This document shows positions 40,887 to 51,922 of a DNA stretch of 64,000 bases, piece by piece. Source of the stretch: an uncultured Holophagales bacterium (lineage in GTDB: Bacteria > Acidobacteriota > Thermoanaerobaculia > Multivoradales > UBA5704). Positions within the stretch are counted from its first letter, which is position 1; every line of letters starts with the position of its first letter. The notes beneath the pieces are model-generated. The model made no database searches. It worked only from the letters and a program-made list of their open reading frames with translations, and was not told the origin of the DNA. The stretch is from contig CAWJGT010000003.1 of NCBI GenBank assembly GCA_963842525.1, positions 832,001-896,000 of the forward strand, in the 5' to 3' direction. Position numbers and translations under genes: made by a program.

Positions 40887-43253
40887 CAGCACAGCCCCTT
40901 GGCGAACGCATCAAGCGCAATGAAGACCCGCGCCTCCTGACCGGCCGGGCCCAGTTCATCGACGACATCGAGCTGCCGGAGATGGCGCATGTCGCCTTCC
41001 TGCGCAGCCCGTACGCGCATGCCCGCATCCTCAGCATCGACACGTCGCGGGTGCTCCAGCGCGAGGGCGTGATCGCGGTCTTCACGGCCGAGGATCTGGG
41101 CGACTACTGGCAGCCGGGGCCGCTGCTGGTGCCGCCGCCGCCGGTCGAGGGGATGGTTTTCAACCAGCGGACGCAGGTCCCGCTGGCCAACGGCAAGGTG
41201 CGCCATGTCGGCGAGCCTGTGGCACTGGTCGTGGCCGTGTCCCGCTACGTGGCCGAGGACGCGCTGGAGGACATCTACGTCGACTACGAGGCGCTGCCGG
41301 CCGTGGTGGAGCTCGAGAAGGCCCTGGAGCCCGGGGTGGCGCTGGTGCACGAGGACGTGGGCTCGAATATCGCAGCGTATGTGCCCCAGAAGAAGGGGGA
41401 CTACGAGGCGGCGCGGGCGCAGGCCGACGTGGTGATCCGCCGCCGCTTCTCCTACGACCGCGGCGCCGCGGCGGCGATCGAGAACCGTGGCGTCGTGGCG
41501 CAGTGGGACGCAGGGGTCCAGAAGCTGACGATCTGGGACACGACCCAGGCGCCGATCCCGGTGCGCAACGGCCTCGCGGCCATGCTCGGGCTCTCCGAGC
41601 ACAAGGTGCGGCTCGTGACGCCCTTCATCGGCGGCGGCTTCGGCCCCAAGATCATGATGTTCTATCCCGAGGAGGTGCTGATCCCCTGGCTCGCCCTCCG
41701 GCTCGAGCAGCCGGTCAAATGGATCGAGGACCGTGCCGAGAACTTCTTCGCCACGACCCAGGAGCGCGGCCAGATCCACGACGCGGAGATCGCGTTGACG
41801 CGCGACGGCCGCATCCTCGGGGTCAAGGACTCGTTCCTGCACGACACCGGCGCCTACGATCCCTACGGCCTCACCGTGCCGCTCAACAGCCAGTGCACGC
41901 TGATGGGACCTTACCGGGTGCCCAATTATTCGAGCGAGTTCAAAGCGATCTTCACCAACAAGACGATCGTCACGCCGTACCGCGGCGCCGGCCGCCAGCA
42001 CGGGGTCTTCGTGATCGAGCGGCTGATGGACCTCGCCGCTCGCGAGCTCGGGATCGACCGGACCGAGATCCGCCGGCGCAACTATCTGCGGCCGGACGAG
42101 TTCCCGCACGACCACGTGATCATTTATCAGGATTTCGCGCCCCTCTATTACGACAGCGGCAACTATGAGCCGGTGCTCGACCAGACATTGGAGCGAATCG
42201 GATACGATCGCTTCCTGAAGGAGGAGCAGCCGCGGCTGCGCGCCGAGGGCCGGCAGGTGGGGATCGGCGTCGTCTCCTACGTCGAAGGGACCGGCATCGG
42301 CCCGTTCGAAGGCGCCCGGGTCCAGGTCCAGACGAACGGCAAGGTCACCGCGGTCACCGGCATCGGCACGCAGGGGCAGGGGCACTTCACGGTCCTCGCC
42401 CAGGTCGCCGCGCAGCAGCTCGGCGTGGAAGTGGACAGATGTGGATGTCGTGACCGGCGACAGCGATCAGTTCCACTGGGGGACCGGCACTTTCGCCAGC
42501 CGCGGCGCCGTGGTGGCCGGCAACGCCGTGCACGAGGCGGCCAAGCTGGTGCGCGGAAAGGCGATCCGGCTCGCCTCCGAGAAGCTCGGAGTCGGCGAGG
42601 ACCGGATCGAGCTGGCGGAAGGCCAGGCGCGCGTGATGGGCGAGCCGGAGAAGTCGATCTCGCTCGGCGAGCTCGCCCGCTTGGCCAATCCGATGCGCGG
42701 CGCGGTCAAGCCGGGCACCGAGCCGGGCCTGGAGGCCACGAGCTATTTCGGCCCCCACCGCGGCGCCACGGCGAGCGGCTGCCACGCAATGATTTTAGAG
42801 ATCGATCCGGAGACGATGCAGATCGAGATCAAGAAATACGTCGTGGTCCACGATTGCGGCCGTGTGCTCAACCCGCTGATCGTCGACGGGCAGGTCCACG
42901 GCGGCGTAGCCCAGGGGCTCGGCAATTGCTGGTTCGAGCAGCTCGTCTACGACGACAACGGCCAGCTCCTGAACGCCTCCTTCATGGACTTCCTCCTCCC
43001 CACGGCCCTCGACGTGCCGCGCGTCGAGGTGGGCCACGAGGAGACCGTCTCACCGCTCAACGAGCTGGGCACCAAGGGAGCGGGCGAAGCCGGCGCCATC
43101 CCGGTCGGAGCGCTCTTTGCCCAGGCGGTCGAGGACGCGCTGGCGATCCCCGGCCTGGAGATCCTGGAGATCCCCCTGAAGCCCAGCCGGCTGTGGGAGA
43201 TCGTGATGGCCCGAACCGCAGGGCCGCCAGCGGCCATCGCTGCCGATGTCTGA
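40883..43253 (+). CDS. Molybdopterin subunit of a xanthine oxidase-family hydroxylase (CoxL form II-like); frameshift near 42435
   Basis: RNEDPRLLTG, GGGFGPK, PYRGAGR active-site loop, GQGHFT, GQVHGGVAQG, KGAGE. Confidence 0.9.
43078..43203 (+). repeat. 126-bp direct repeat copy 1 (3' end of the coxL-like gene)
   Basis: Matches 46601-46726 with one visible mismatch. Confidence 0.92.
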
Positions 43254-43254
43254 G

Positions 43255-43400
43255 CCACCTGCCCCGAGCCAGCGCCCGCTGCTGCCAACCCAGTGCTGAC
43301 TGCTGGCAACCCAGCACCCGCCGCTGCCAACCCAGCGGCCACCTGCGCCAATCCAGCGCTCACTGCTGGCAACCCAGCGGCCACCTGCACCGCGGCAGCA
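43255..43400. repeat. Degenerate 21-bp tandem repeat
   Basis: Recurrent ctgctg(c/g)caacccagc units at ~21-bp spacing. Confidence 0.75.
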
Positions 43401-43420
43401 GAGCTCACGCAGAGCCCGCT

Positions 43421-43490
43421 GGGAGCGCCGGCATCCTGCCGGCCGAGTCACCAAAAGCGAAATAAGAAGCCGGCAGGGATGCCGGCGTCC
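43421..43490. repeat. REP-like inverted repeat
   Basis: gccggcatcctgccggc ... gccggcagggatgccggc. Confidence 0.7.
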
Positions 43491-43580
43491 GGCGAGCCGG
43501 CACAGCTCGCCATAGACCAGAGGCATGAGCTTTTCGAGAGCATCGAGAGCATGCTCGCCTTGACGCGGGACCGCAGACAT
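43490..43580 (-). pseudogene. N-terminal fragment of an ECF-type sigma factor (TIGR02999-like)
   Basis: ALDALEKLMPLVYGELCRLA resembles the ALxxLxPLVYxELRRLA pattern; cut off by the REP-like repeat. Confidence 0.55.
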
Positions 43581-43699
43581 GCTAAAAAGTTAAGCGAAAC
43601 CATTCTCGAAGAGGGCGTGCCATGCCTGGATCCTTGGTCCAAAAAGCTTGTGCCACATCGCTCTGTCTTCTCGCGGGAGCCACCAGCGCGGGTACGGCG

Positions 43700-46423
43700 A
43701 TGAGGTGTGCGGTGCTCCTCGGTGTTTCGGCGGCAGGGCTCTGGGCGGGGTGGCCTTCGCCCGGAGGGCCGGGCGACCTGGGGACGATCCGGGTGCAGCT
43801 GGCCGGAAACGTCCCAGGCGACCGATTCACGTCGGTGCGCTTCGAGAGCCTTCAGGGGACGACCGTCGTGGACAGCCGGATCGTCACGCCGAAACCCGTC
43901 ACCCTGCCGAGCGGAAGCACGGTCATGGAGGGCGACGCGCGCTTCGGGCTGCGCGCCGGTAAATACGCGGTCTCCGCCACGGCTATCGACGCAAACGGGC
44001 TTCCGGTGGCCGCCTGCATGTCGACGACGACCACGGCCAGCGTCGCCGCCGGTCGCACCACGGAGGTCACGCTAGGCGTTCTTTGCGTCGGAGCGGGCAG
44101 CGGCGCGACCACGAACCTGATCGAGGTCGTCCTTCCCCGCGAGAGTCCGCCGGTGATCACCGGCCTTTCGATCCAGCCGACGGGAACGATCGTGACGGGT
44201 CAGCCGGTCAACCTGGCGGTCTTCGCGGCAGCGTCGGCCGGAACCACTCCACTCGCGTATCGGTGGGCGGTGGCGGCGAGCCCGGCCCGCGTCCCGCCGA
44301 GCCTGACGCCGTACTCCGATCTGGCGAACTTCTCGGCGAGCGTGGCCGGTGACTACCGACTGACGGTCAGCGTCACGGACACCAGGGGGCAGATCGCCAC
44401 CGCGAATGTTCCCATTCACGTCACGCCTGGCCCCGAGCCGCCGCCGCCCCCGCTGGCGCTGTCCACCCAGCGCCCGTGCCACACGGGAAACGAAACGCTG
44501 GAAGAGTTCGCCGCGCGCTGCGACAAGGCGATGGGAGGCGTCAGCGTCCCAGAGTTCGATTGCGACGACTCCGACAACACCGAGCCGCCACGCCAGAAAG
44601 ACGGCCCCGGCAGCACGTGCAGCGCGCCGAACGTCCTGAACCACGAGTGCGATCACGGGAGCCACTTCCGCGTCCTTCACCGCAACGAGAGCAACGACGG
44701 CGTCTACATCGTCGCTCACTGTCGAAAGCGCGGACATTCGGGAAGCAACTACGGCGACATCGCCGTCATTCAGTACAACGCGAACAACGGCGCCACGTGC
44801 TACTATCAGGCGCTCGGGACTCTCCCCCACAAAGCGCCGGCGCCCAAGAACGGCACGGGCTCGTTCTGGCTGACCCCCGCAGGAACCGTCGCCGCCGATC
44901 CCTGTGTCTCGTGCCACGACAACGGCCCGTTCGTTCGCTCACCGTATCTCGCGCAGCTGGGCGAGGTGTGGCCGTTCTACGACGACGAGAACAATGGGTT
45001 GAACCCCAACAAGCCGAACCTGTCGGCGGCCGACAAAAACTACCTGCCGGGCACGCTGCAGGGCGACCTTTACGGCCCGTGGAACCAGTCCATGCCCTAC
45101 AGCTTCGTCGGGTTGAACTTCCAGGACTGGAAGGCGTACTCGATCAAGAGTCTCGACGGGACCTGCACCGCCTGTCACCGCATGGGAGCGAGCAAGTCGG
45201 CCGGCTTCTGGAACTCGGGCCGCGGCACCGCCATGGAGTTGGGGATCCTGGCGACCGCCACGACCCAGGCGAACAAGGTGGCGCACGGCACGCTCGACCC
45301 CGGGAACACCTCGCCCATCTGGATGACGCCCGGGCAGCTGAAGTTCAATCAGGCGGCGGCGGATTCGACGGACGCCATGCGGAAGTGTGCCGAGAGCATC
45401 GTGGCCGGCAAGCCGCTCGAGGGGTGCTCGGCTACGCTCCTCGCGCAGGGCGACACCTGTCCTCCGCCGCCCATCACGGTGAACGGCTCCACCGTCGCCA
45501 AGGATCCGACGAGCTGGCACGGTAGCGGCAAGACGCCGCTCGGCCAGCCGGACGGGCGCATTGGCTTCTACGCCTTCACCTCGCTTCACGGGCCGTTCTA
45601 CCAGAACTCGGCCTGGGAGGCGTACATGAACAAGCCCCCGGCGGTCGCCAACCCGGCCTGGGATCCGCCCAACCAGGCGCCCAACTTCAAAGGCACCTAC
45701 CTGCGCATCTACATCGAGCCGCCCGGTCAGTGGATGGTGGCGTGGGGGCTGGACGCGACCGACCTCCAGAACAACAACAACAACCCGCCGCCGCCGGGAG
45801 GGCCCGGGGGGGACATCGACGGCCTGGCGTTCGACGAGATCGACTCGGTCCCGGATCCCACCAAGTGCAACAACGGCTACACGTCGACCGGGGACATGAC
45901 CGGCACGGGCAGCCCCCTGAGCGCGACGATCGACAATCCGCAGGGAGTCCGCGCCGCCATCCTCACGGGCTTCATCGGCAACGTGTCCCGCCTCGGCGGC
46001 GCGGCGTCGGGAGGCGCGGCGGCGTCGGTCTTGCAGATCAAGGACACCGGCGGCGCGACGGTCCTCTCGCAGACGCACAACAACAGCCCCAATCCGGCGG
46101 TCAACCAGTGGTTCACGGCGGAATCGTGGGCGGGAGGGTGCACGGGCTGGCAGGCTTCCGCGCACTACGCCGTGCAACACAAGAAATCGACGAGCGACGT
46201 CGTGCTGGTGGACGCGGCCACGGCGCCGAACGTCTTCTGCTACATCGATGGCATCGCCGGCAACTGGGCGCAGTGGCAATCCGACGGAAAGGGCGGATCG
46301 ATCCAGCCCTACGCCCAGATCTACCAGGACGCCTCGACCGGCGTTCACTTGAAGGTGTGGCCGACCGGGTCGGAGTCGACCGGCGTGTCGGCCTATGCGA
46401 GCTGTCTCTACCTGAAGAAATGA
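43700..46423 (+). CDS. Large secreted Cys-rich protein with Ig-like region and two CxxCH heme motifs
   Basis: Hydrophobic N-terminus, PPVITGLSI...YRWAV...YRLTVSVTD Ig/PKD-like segment, CVSCH and CTACH. Confidence 0.7.
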   Translation: MRCAVLLGVSAAGLWAGWPSPGGPGDLGTIRVQLAGNVPGDRFTSVRFESLQGTTVVDSRIVTPKPVTLPSGSTVMEGDARFGLRAGKYAVSATAIDANGLPVAACMSTTTTASVAAGRTTEVTLGVLCVGAGSGATTNLIEVVLPRESPPVITGLSIQPTGTIVTGQPVNLAVFAAASAGTTPLAYRWAVAASPARVPPSLTPYSDLANFSASVAGDYRLTVSVTDTRGQIATANVPIHVTPGPEPPPPPLALSTQRPCHTGNETLEEFAARCDKAMGGVSVPEFDCDDSDNTEPPRQKDGPGSTCSAPNVLNHECDHGSHFRVLHRNESNDGVYIVAHCRKRGHSGSNYGDIAVIQYNANNGATCYYQALGTLPHKAPAPKNGTGSFWLTPAGTVAADPCVSCHDNGPFVRSPYLAQLGEVWPFYDDENNGLNPNKPNLSAADKNYLPGTLQGDLYGPWNQSMPYSFVGLNFQDWKAYSIKSLDGTCTACHRMGASKSAGFWNSGRGTAMELGILATATTQANKVAHGTLDPGNTSPIWMTPGQLKFNQAAADSTDAMRKCAESIVAGKPLEGCSATLLAQGDTCPPPPITVNGSTVAKDPTSWHGSGKTPLGQPDGRIGFYAFTSLHGPFYQNSAWEAYMNKPPAVANPAWDPPNQAPNFKGTYLRIYIEPPGQWMVAWGLDATDLQNNNNNPPPPGGPGGDIDGLAFDEIDSVPDPTKCNNGYTSTGDMTGTGSPLSATIDNPQGVRAAILTGFIGNVSRLGGAASGGAAASVLQIKDTGGATVLSQTHNNSPNPAVNQWFTAESWAGGCTGWQASAHYAVQHKKSTSDVVLVDAATAPNVFCYIDGIAGNWAQWQSDGKGGSIQPYAQIYQDASTGVHLKVWPTGSESTGVSAYASCLYLKK

Positions 46424-46459
46424 CCGTTCACCAACACGCGGATCGGGCCCGCCGCCGGC

Positions 46460-46590
46460 ATGGCCCCGGGGTACAAACCCTGCGAGAGTGGTGGATTTCC
46501 TGCGTCCCTTCGGGACTTGGGGATGTTTGGGATGGCCTACCTGGGGTTGAAAACCCCAGGCTTCATGCCTGTGCCCCTTCGGGGCTCCGA
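46460..46590. repeat. Cluster of REP-like palindromes
   Basis: gtcccttcgggac, cctggggttgaaaaccccagg, gccccttcggggc. Confidence 0.7.
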
Positions 46591-46600
46591 AGGCACCTTA

Positions 46601-46726
46601 GAGCGGGCGAAGCCGGCGCCATCCCGGTCGGAGCCCTCTTTGCCCAGGCGGTCGAGGACGCGCTGGCGATCCCCGGCCTGGAGATCCTGGAGATCCCCCT
46701 GAAGCCCAGCCGGCTGTGGGAGATCG
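46601..46726 (+). repeat. 126-bp direct repeat copy 2 (displaced coxL-like 3' end, continuing to AEAAAAD*)
   Basis: Encodes AGEAGAIPVGALFAQAVEDALAIPGLEILEIPLKPSRLWEI, as at 43078-43203. Confidence 0.92.
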
Positions 46727-46890
46727 CCGAGGCCGCGGCAGCGGATTGAAGGCCGTCGTATTGATGGGCGGGCAGCGTTCAGATAGAATTCACTCATGAT
46801 AGCAATGCAGGCATGGCTTCTGGGAGAACGTGAGGGCTGCAAACCGGCGGTCCTGCCACGGCGCTCCGCCCCTTCTGAAAGGAGAACGCA

Positions 46891-47076
46891 GTGAAGAGAA
46901 AGGTTGGCAAGAAGCTGGGCCTGAGCAAGGAGACGCTCCGCACCCTGGACGAGCTGACTCTCCAGGCGGCGGCGGGCGGCGTCTTTACCGACCGCACCAA
47001 CGCGTGTTCGGTCTGTACCGCGTGCGCGAGCTGCTTCGACACCTGCATCGCGAACACCGAGGGGGTCTGCTGCTAG
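46891..47076 (+). CDS. Lanthipeptide-like precursor (LanA)
   Basis: aaggag RBS + GTG; leader KKLGLSKETLRTL...AGG; 31-aa core with 7 Cys and 7 Ser/Thr. Confidence 0.85.
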   Translation: MKRKVGKKLGLSKETLRTLDELTLQAAAGGVFTDRTNACSVCTACASCFDTCIANTEGVCC

Positions 47077-47149
47077 CCAGCGCCCCGCATCTGTCCGGCC
47101 GCCAGACTGGAACCGCTCTGGCGGCCGGGCTTCTAACCGCACACTGAAC

Positions 47150-48448
47150 ATGAGTCTGTGGCAGCCGCTTCTTTCCGCATCCCAGGCGGAGCAAGCCCTC
47201 GGGTTGGCGGAGGAGATCGCCCACGCCCTCGAAGCGCTTTCGCGCGACCGGCAGCAGCTCGCCGCAGACCCTGTCTCGCTGGCCAACGGCATGCCCGGCA
47301 GCATCCTCTTCTTCGCCTATCTTGACCAGGCGCGGCCGGAGGGCGGTTGGGGAGACCTGGCGGTCGAGGTCTTCGAGACGGCGATCGACGAGATGGCCGG
47401 CCTGCCGGCCGATCCGGGCCTCTATGCCGGATTCACGGGAATGGCCTGGGTTCACGAGCACCTGCAGGACTGGTTTCTCGATGGGAGCGACGACACAGGA
47501 GCGGACATTGCCGCTGCTGTGGAGAAGGCCCTGTCGGTTCCCTGGAGCGATTATGACCTCATCCAGGGCCTCGTCGGGATGGGCGTCTATGCTCTGGAGC
47601 GGCTGCCGCGGCCCGGGGCGGAACGGTGCCTGCGGCGCGTCGTGGCCCGCCTTTCCGAGCTGGCGGAGCTGCAGGCCGGCACTGCGGCCTGGCGGATCCC
47701 CGCCGACCTCGTCCCGCCGGACCGGCGCGACTGGTTTCCGCAAGGCTTCTTCTTCACGGGCGTCGCCCACGGGGCTGCCGGAGTGATCTCTCTGCTGTCC
47801 GCGGCACACGCCGCGGGGGTGGAGGCCCGGCCGCTGCTCGATGCGGCTGTCCGGTGGCTCCTCGCCCAGCGGTTGCCGCCGGGTGCAGGCTCGGCCTTTT
47901 CCTACGAGACCGCGCCCGAGGTCGTGCCGGGTGCGCCCTTCCCGCGTCCGACCCGTCTGGCTTGGTGCCACGGGGATCCTGGAATTTCGGCCGCTCTGCT
48001 CGGCGCCGCTCGGCGTGCCGGCGAGCCCGCCTGGGAGCGTGAGGCGCTCGGGCTGGCGCGAGCCGCCGCGGCGCGCAGCGGGTCCGAGAAGTCCATTGCC
48101 GACGCGGGCCTCTGCCACGGCAGCGGCGGGCTGCTTCACCTCTTCAACCGGATGTACCAGGCCACTGGAGACCCCGCTCTGGGGGACGCGGCCCGGTTCT
48201 GGTTCGACCGGACGCTCGCCCTGAGGCGCCCTGGCGAGGGGGTCGCCGGCTTCCTGTCCTGGGAGATCGACGCGCAGGGCAACTCCGGCGGCCTGGCCGC
48301 TCCGGGATTCCTCACGGGAGCCGCAGGCATCGGCCTCGCCCTCCTGGCCGCCGCGACGCCGGTCGAGCCGGCCTGGGACCGTGTGCTGCTGACCTCGATT
48401 CCGCCCCGGCAGGAGGCAGACCGCCCGTGCCCTCCTCAAGCCTCGTGA
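47150..48448 (+). CDS. lanC: Lanthionine synthetase C-like cyclase 1
   Basis: DLIQG, GVAHG, AWCHG, GLCHG, GFLTGAAG. Confidence 0.9.
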   Translation: MSLWQPLLSASQAEQALGLAEEIAHALEALSRDRQQLAADPVSLANGMPGSILFFAYLDQARPEGGWGDLAVEVFETAIDEMAGLPADPGLYAGFTGMAWVHEHLQDWFLDGSDDTGADIAAAVEKALSVPWSDYDLIQGLVGMGVYALERLPRPGAERCLRRVVARLSELAELQAGTAAWRIPADLVPPDRRDWFPQGFFFTGVAHGAAGVISLLSAAHAAGVEARPLLDAAVRWLLAQRLPPGAGSAFSYETAPEVVPGAPFPRPTRLAWCHGDPGISAALLGAARRAGEPAWEREALGLARAAAARSGSEKSIADAGLCHGSGGLLHLFNRMYQATGDPALGDAARFWFDRTLALRRPGEGVAGFLSWEIDAQGNSGGLAAPGFLTGAAGIGLALLAAATPVEPAWDRVLLTSIPPRQEADRPCPPQAS

Positions 48449-49761
48449 GCCAGGACCCTCCTGCTGCGGACTGGCGTCCCCTGCTCTCCGGCGACCTCGC
48501 GGAGCAGGCCCTCGCGGCAGTCGACCACATCGCCGCGGACCTCCGGCGCGCAGCCGTCTCCAGCGCTCCGCCTGAGCCTCTGCCGCTCAACCGGATGCGT
48601 TTCTCGCTGTCCGGCGGTCTGGCCGGCCAGGCGCTGTTTTTCGCCTACCTCGATCATGCCCGTCCCGGCGAGGGCCACGACGAGACCGCGGTGGAGCTGC
48701 TCGAGAAGGCTTTCGACGACCTGGGCGAGACCGAGGCGGCACCCGGGCTCTGCAGCGGTTTCACCGGGGTCGCCTGGACGGTCGAGCACCTCCGCGGCCG
48801 GCTGTTCGACGTCGACGGCGAGGATGCCGGCGCAGAGATTGCCGCCACCCATGCGCGCCTCCTCGACTGCACCCCCTGGCCGCTGGAATTCGATCTGATC
48901 AGTGGCCTCGTCGGCCATGGCATCTACGCCCTGGAGCGGATGCCGCGCCCGCTGGGACGCGAATGCCTCGAATTCACCCTGGCGCGGCTGGCGGAGAGCG
49001 CCGAGCGCGGACCCCGGGGCGCGGCGTGGTGGACGCCGCCGAGGCTGATGACGGGGCACAAACGAGACGAGGCACCTGAAGGTCTGTACGACCTGGGCAT
49101 CGCGCACGGCAACCCCGGGGTGATCGCCCTGCTCGGCGAGGCCTGCTCCCGCGGCGTGGCGGTGGAGGTGGCCCAGCCTCTGCTCGCGGAAGCGGTGGCC
49201 TGGCTGTTGGAGCAGCAGAATCCCCCGGGATCAGGTTCCCGCTTTCCTCGCTGGATCGCGCCTGGCGACGAGGCCGGGGAGACCCGCGTCGCCTGGTGCT
49301 ATGGCGATCTCGGGATCGCGGCGGCACTGCTGGGAGCTGCCCGCGGGGCGGGCGAGCCGGACTGGGAACGGACGGCTCGCGGTCTCGCCCGCGGCGCGGC
49401 GGCTCGCTCTTTCGAGAGCGCGGGTGCCATCGACGCGGGGCTCTGCCACGGCGCCGCCGGCAATGCCCACCTCTTCAACCGCCTGTTCCAGGCGACCGGT
49501 GATCCTCTTCTCGGCGAGGCCGCGCGGGCGTGGGCCGAGCGTGCGCTGAGCATGAGATGCCCAGGCGAGGGGATCGGTGGCTTCCTCAGTTGGGTCCCCA
49601 ATGCGCGCCTCGAGCGCGGGTGGCAGAGCGACCCCGGCTTTCTCACCGGCGCTGCGGGCATCGGGCTGGCCCTCCTCGCCGCCGCGACCCCCATCGAGCC
49701 TGCCTGGGACCGCGCGCTGCTGGTTTCGGTGCCGCCCCGGATCGTGATACGCAGCAGCTAG
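48445..49761 (+). CDS. lanC: Lanthionine synthetase C-like cyclase 2
   Basis: DLISG, GIAHG, AWCYG, GLCHG; GTGA overlap with cyclase 1. Confidence 0.9.
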   Translation: MSQDPPAADWRPLLSGDLAEQALAAVDHIAADLRRAAVSSAPPEPLPLNRMRFSLSGGLAGQALFFAYLDHARPGEGHDETAVELLEKAFDDLGETEAAPGLCSGFTGVAWTVEHLRGRLFDVDGEDAGAEIAATHARLLDCTPWPLEFDLISGLVGHGIYALERMPRPLGRECLEFTLARLAESAERGPRGAAWWTPPRLMTGHKRDEAPEGLYDLGIAHGNPGVIALLGEACSRGVAVEVAQPLLAEAVAWLLEQQNPPGSGSRFPRWIAPGDEAGETRVAWCYGDLGIAAALLGAARGAGEPDWERTARGLARGAAARSFESAGAIDAGLCHGAAGNAHLFNRLFQATGDPLLGEAARAWAERALSMRCPGEGIGGFLSWVPNARLERGWQSDPGFLTGAAGIGLALLAAATPIEPAWDRALLVSVPPRIVIRSS

Positions 49762-49919
49762 GCCGCGACCAGAATGCGTGCGACAGCCTCGTCGATGGCG
49801 TGTCCGGCCGCCTTCTGAAAGAAAGTGAAGCCGGGCGAAGGGTTCACCTCGAAGCAGTACCAGGTCCCCTCCGGGGTGCGGCGCAGGTCGATGCCGGCCA
49901 GGCTGACGCCCAGGGCGCG
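49758..49919 (-). pseudogene. C-terminal remnant of a RimK-like ATP-grasp ligase
   Basis: RALGVSLAGIDLRRTPEGTWYCFEVNPSPGFTFFQKAAGHAIDEAVARILVAA*; in-frame stop shortly upstream, no start. Confidence 0.75.
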
Positions 49920-49976
49920 CCTGTTCCCATAGGCTCCGGGAAGGGAAATCTGTTACAACAATTGCGGCACGAGCCT

Positions 49977-51464
<1,488 letters not shown>

Positions 51465-51519
51465 GTCGGGGCCTATCTTAGCCGCACTGCGGAGCGTCTG
51501 GCGGCGTTACACTAGTCGC

Positions 51520-51917
51520 ATGGTGCAGATCGCCTTCGTGACACTGTTCCTCGGGCTGACGGTCGGATCGCAGCCCATCGAGCTGACGGTCTCCCGCCCG
51601 GTCGCCGCCGTGGAGCTGCTCCTGCTGGTGCTCGCCGGAGGGCCCGACGGGAGCCGCACCGATCCCGCACTGGTGCGCCACTACCTGGAGCAGATCCGTG
51701 TCCCGCTCTATGTCTGGTCCGCCGCCGGGAAGCTTCCCCGGCGGCGTGGAGCTCTGTCGAAGACGTCTCGACCCTCCCCAAGCTCACCAAGGCTTTCCAG
51801 AAGATCGAGGAGGACTTGAAGTCCCAGACCCTGATCTGGGTGGACGGCCGCCACCTGCCGCAATCGATCACGCTCTCCCCAGCCGCGGCCGAGGTGGTCG
51901 AGCTGCTGGGGCCCTGA
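51520..51917 (+). pseudogene. Internally deleted, diverged duplicate of the downstream gene
   Basis: MVQIAF...VAAVELLL fused to LVLAG...LVRHYL...WVDGRHLPQSITLSPAAAEVVELLG. Confidence 0.85.
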
Positions 51918-51922
51918 GCGCG

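Noticed and set aside
40883-43253. True aerobic CO dehydrogenase
   Set aside because: Active-site loop is PYRGAGR, not the form I AYxCSFR; no cox accessory genes; catabolic context
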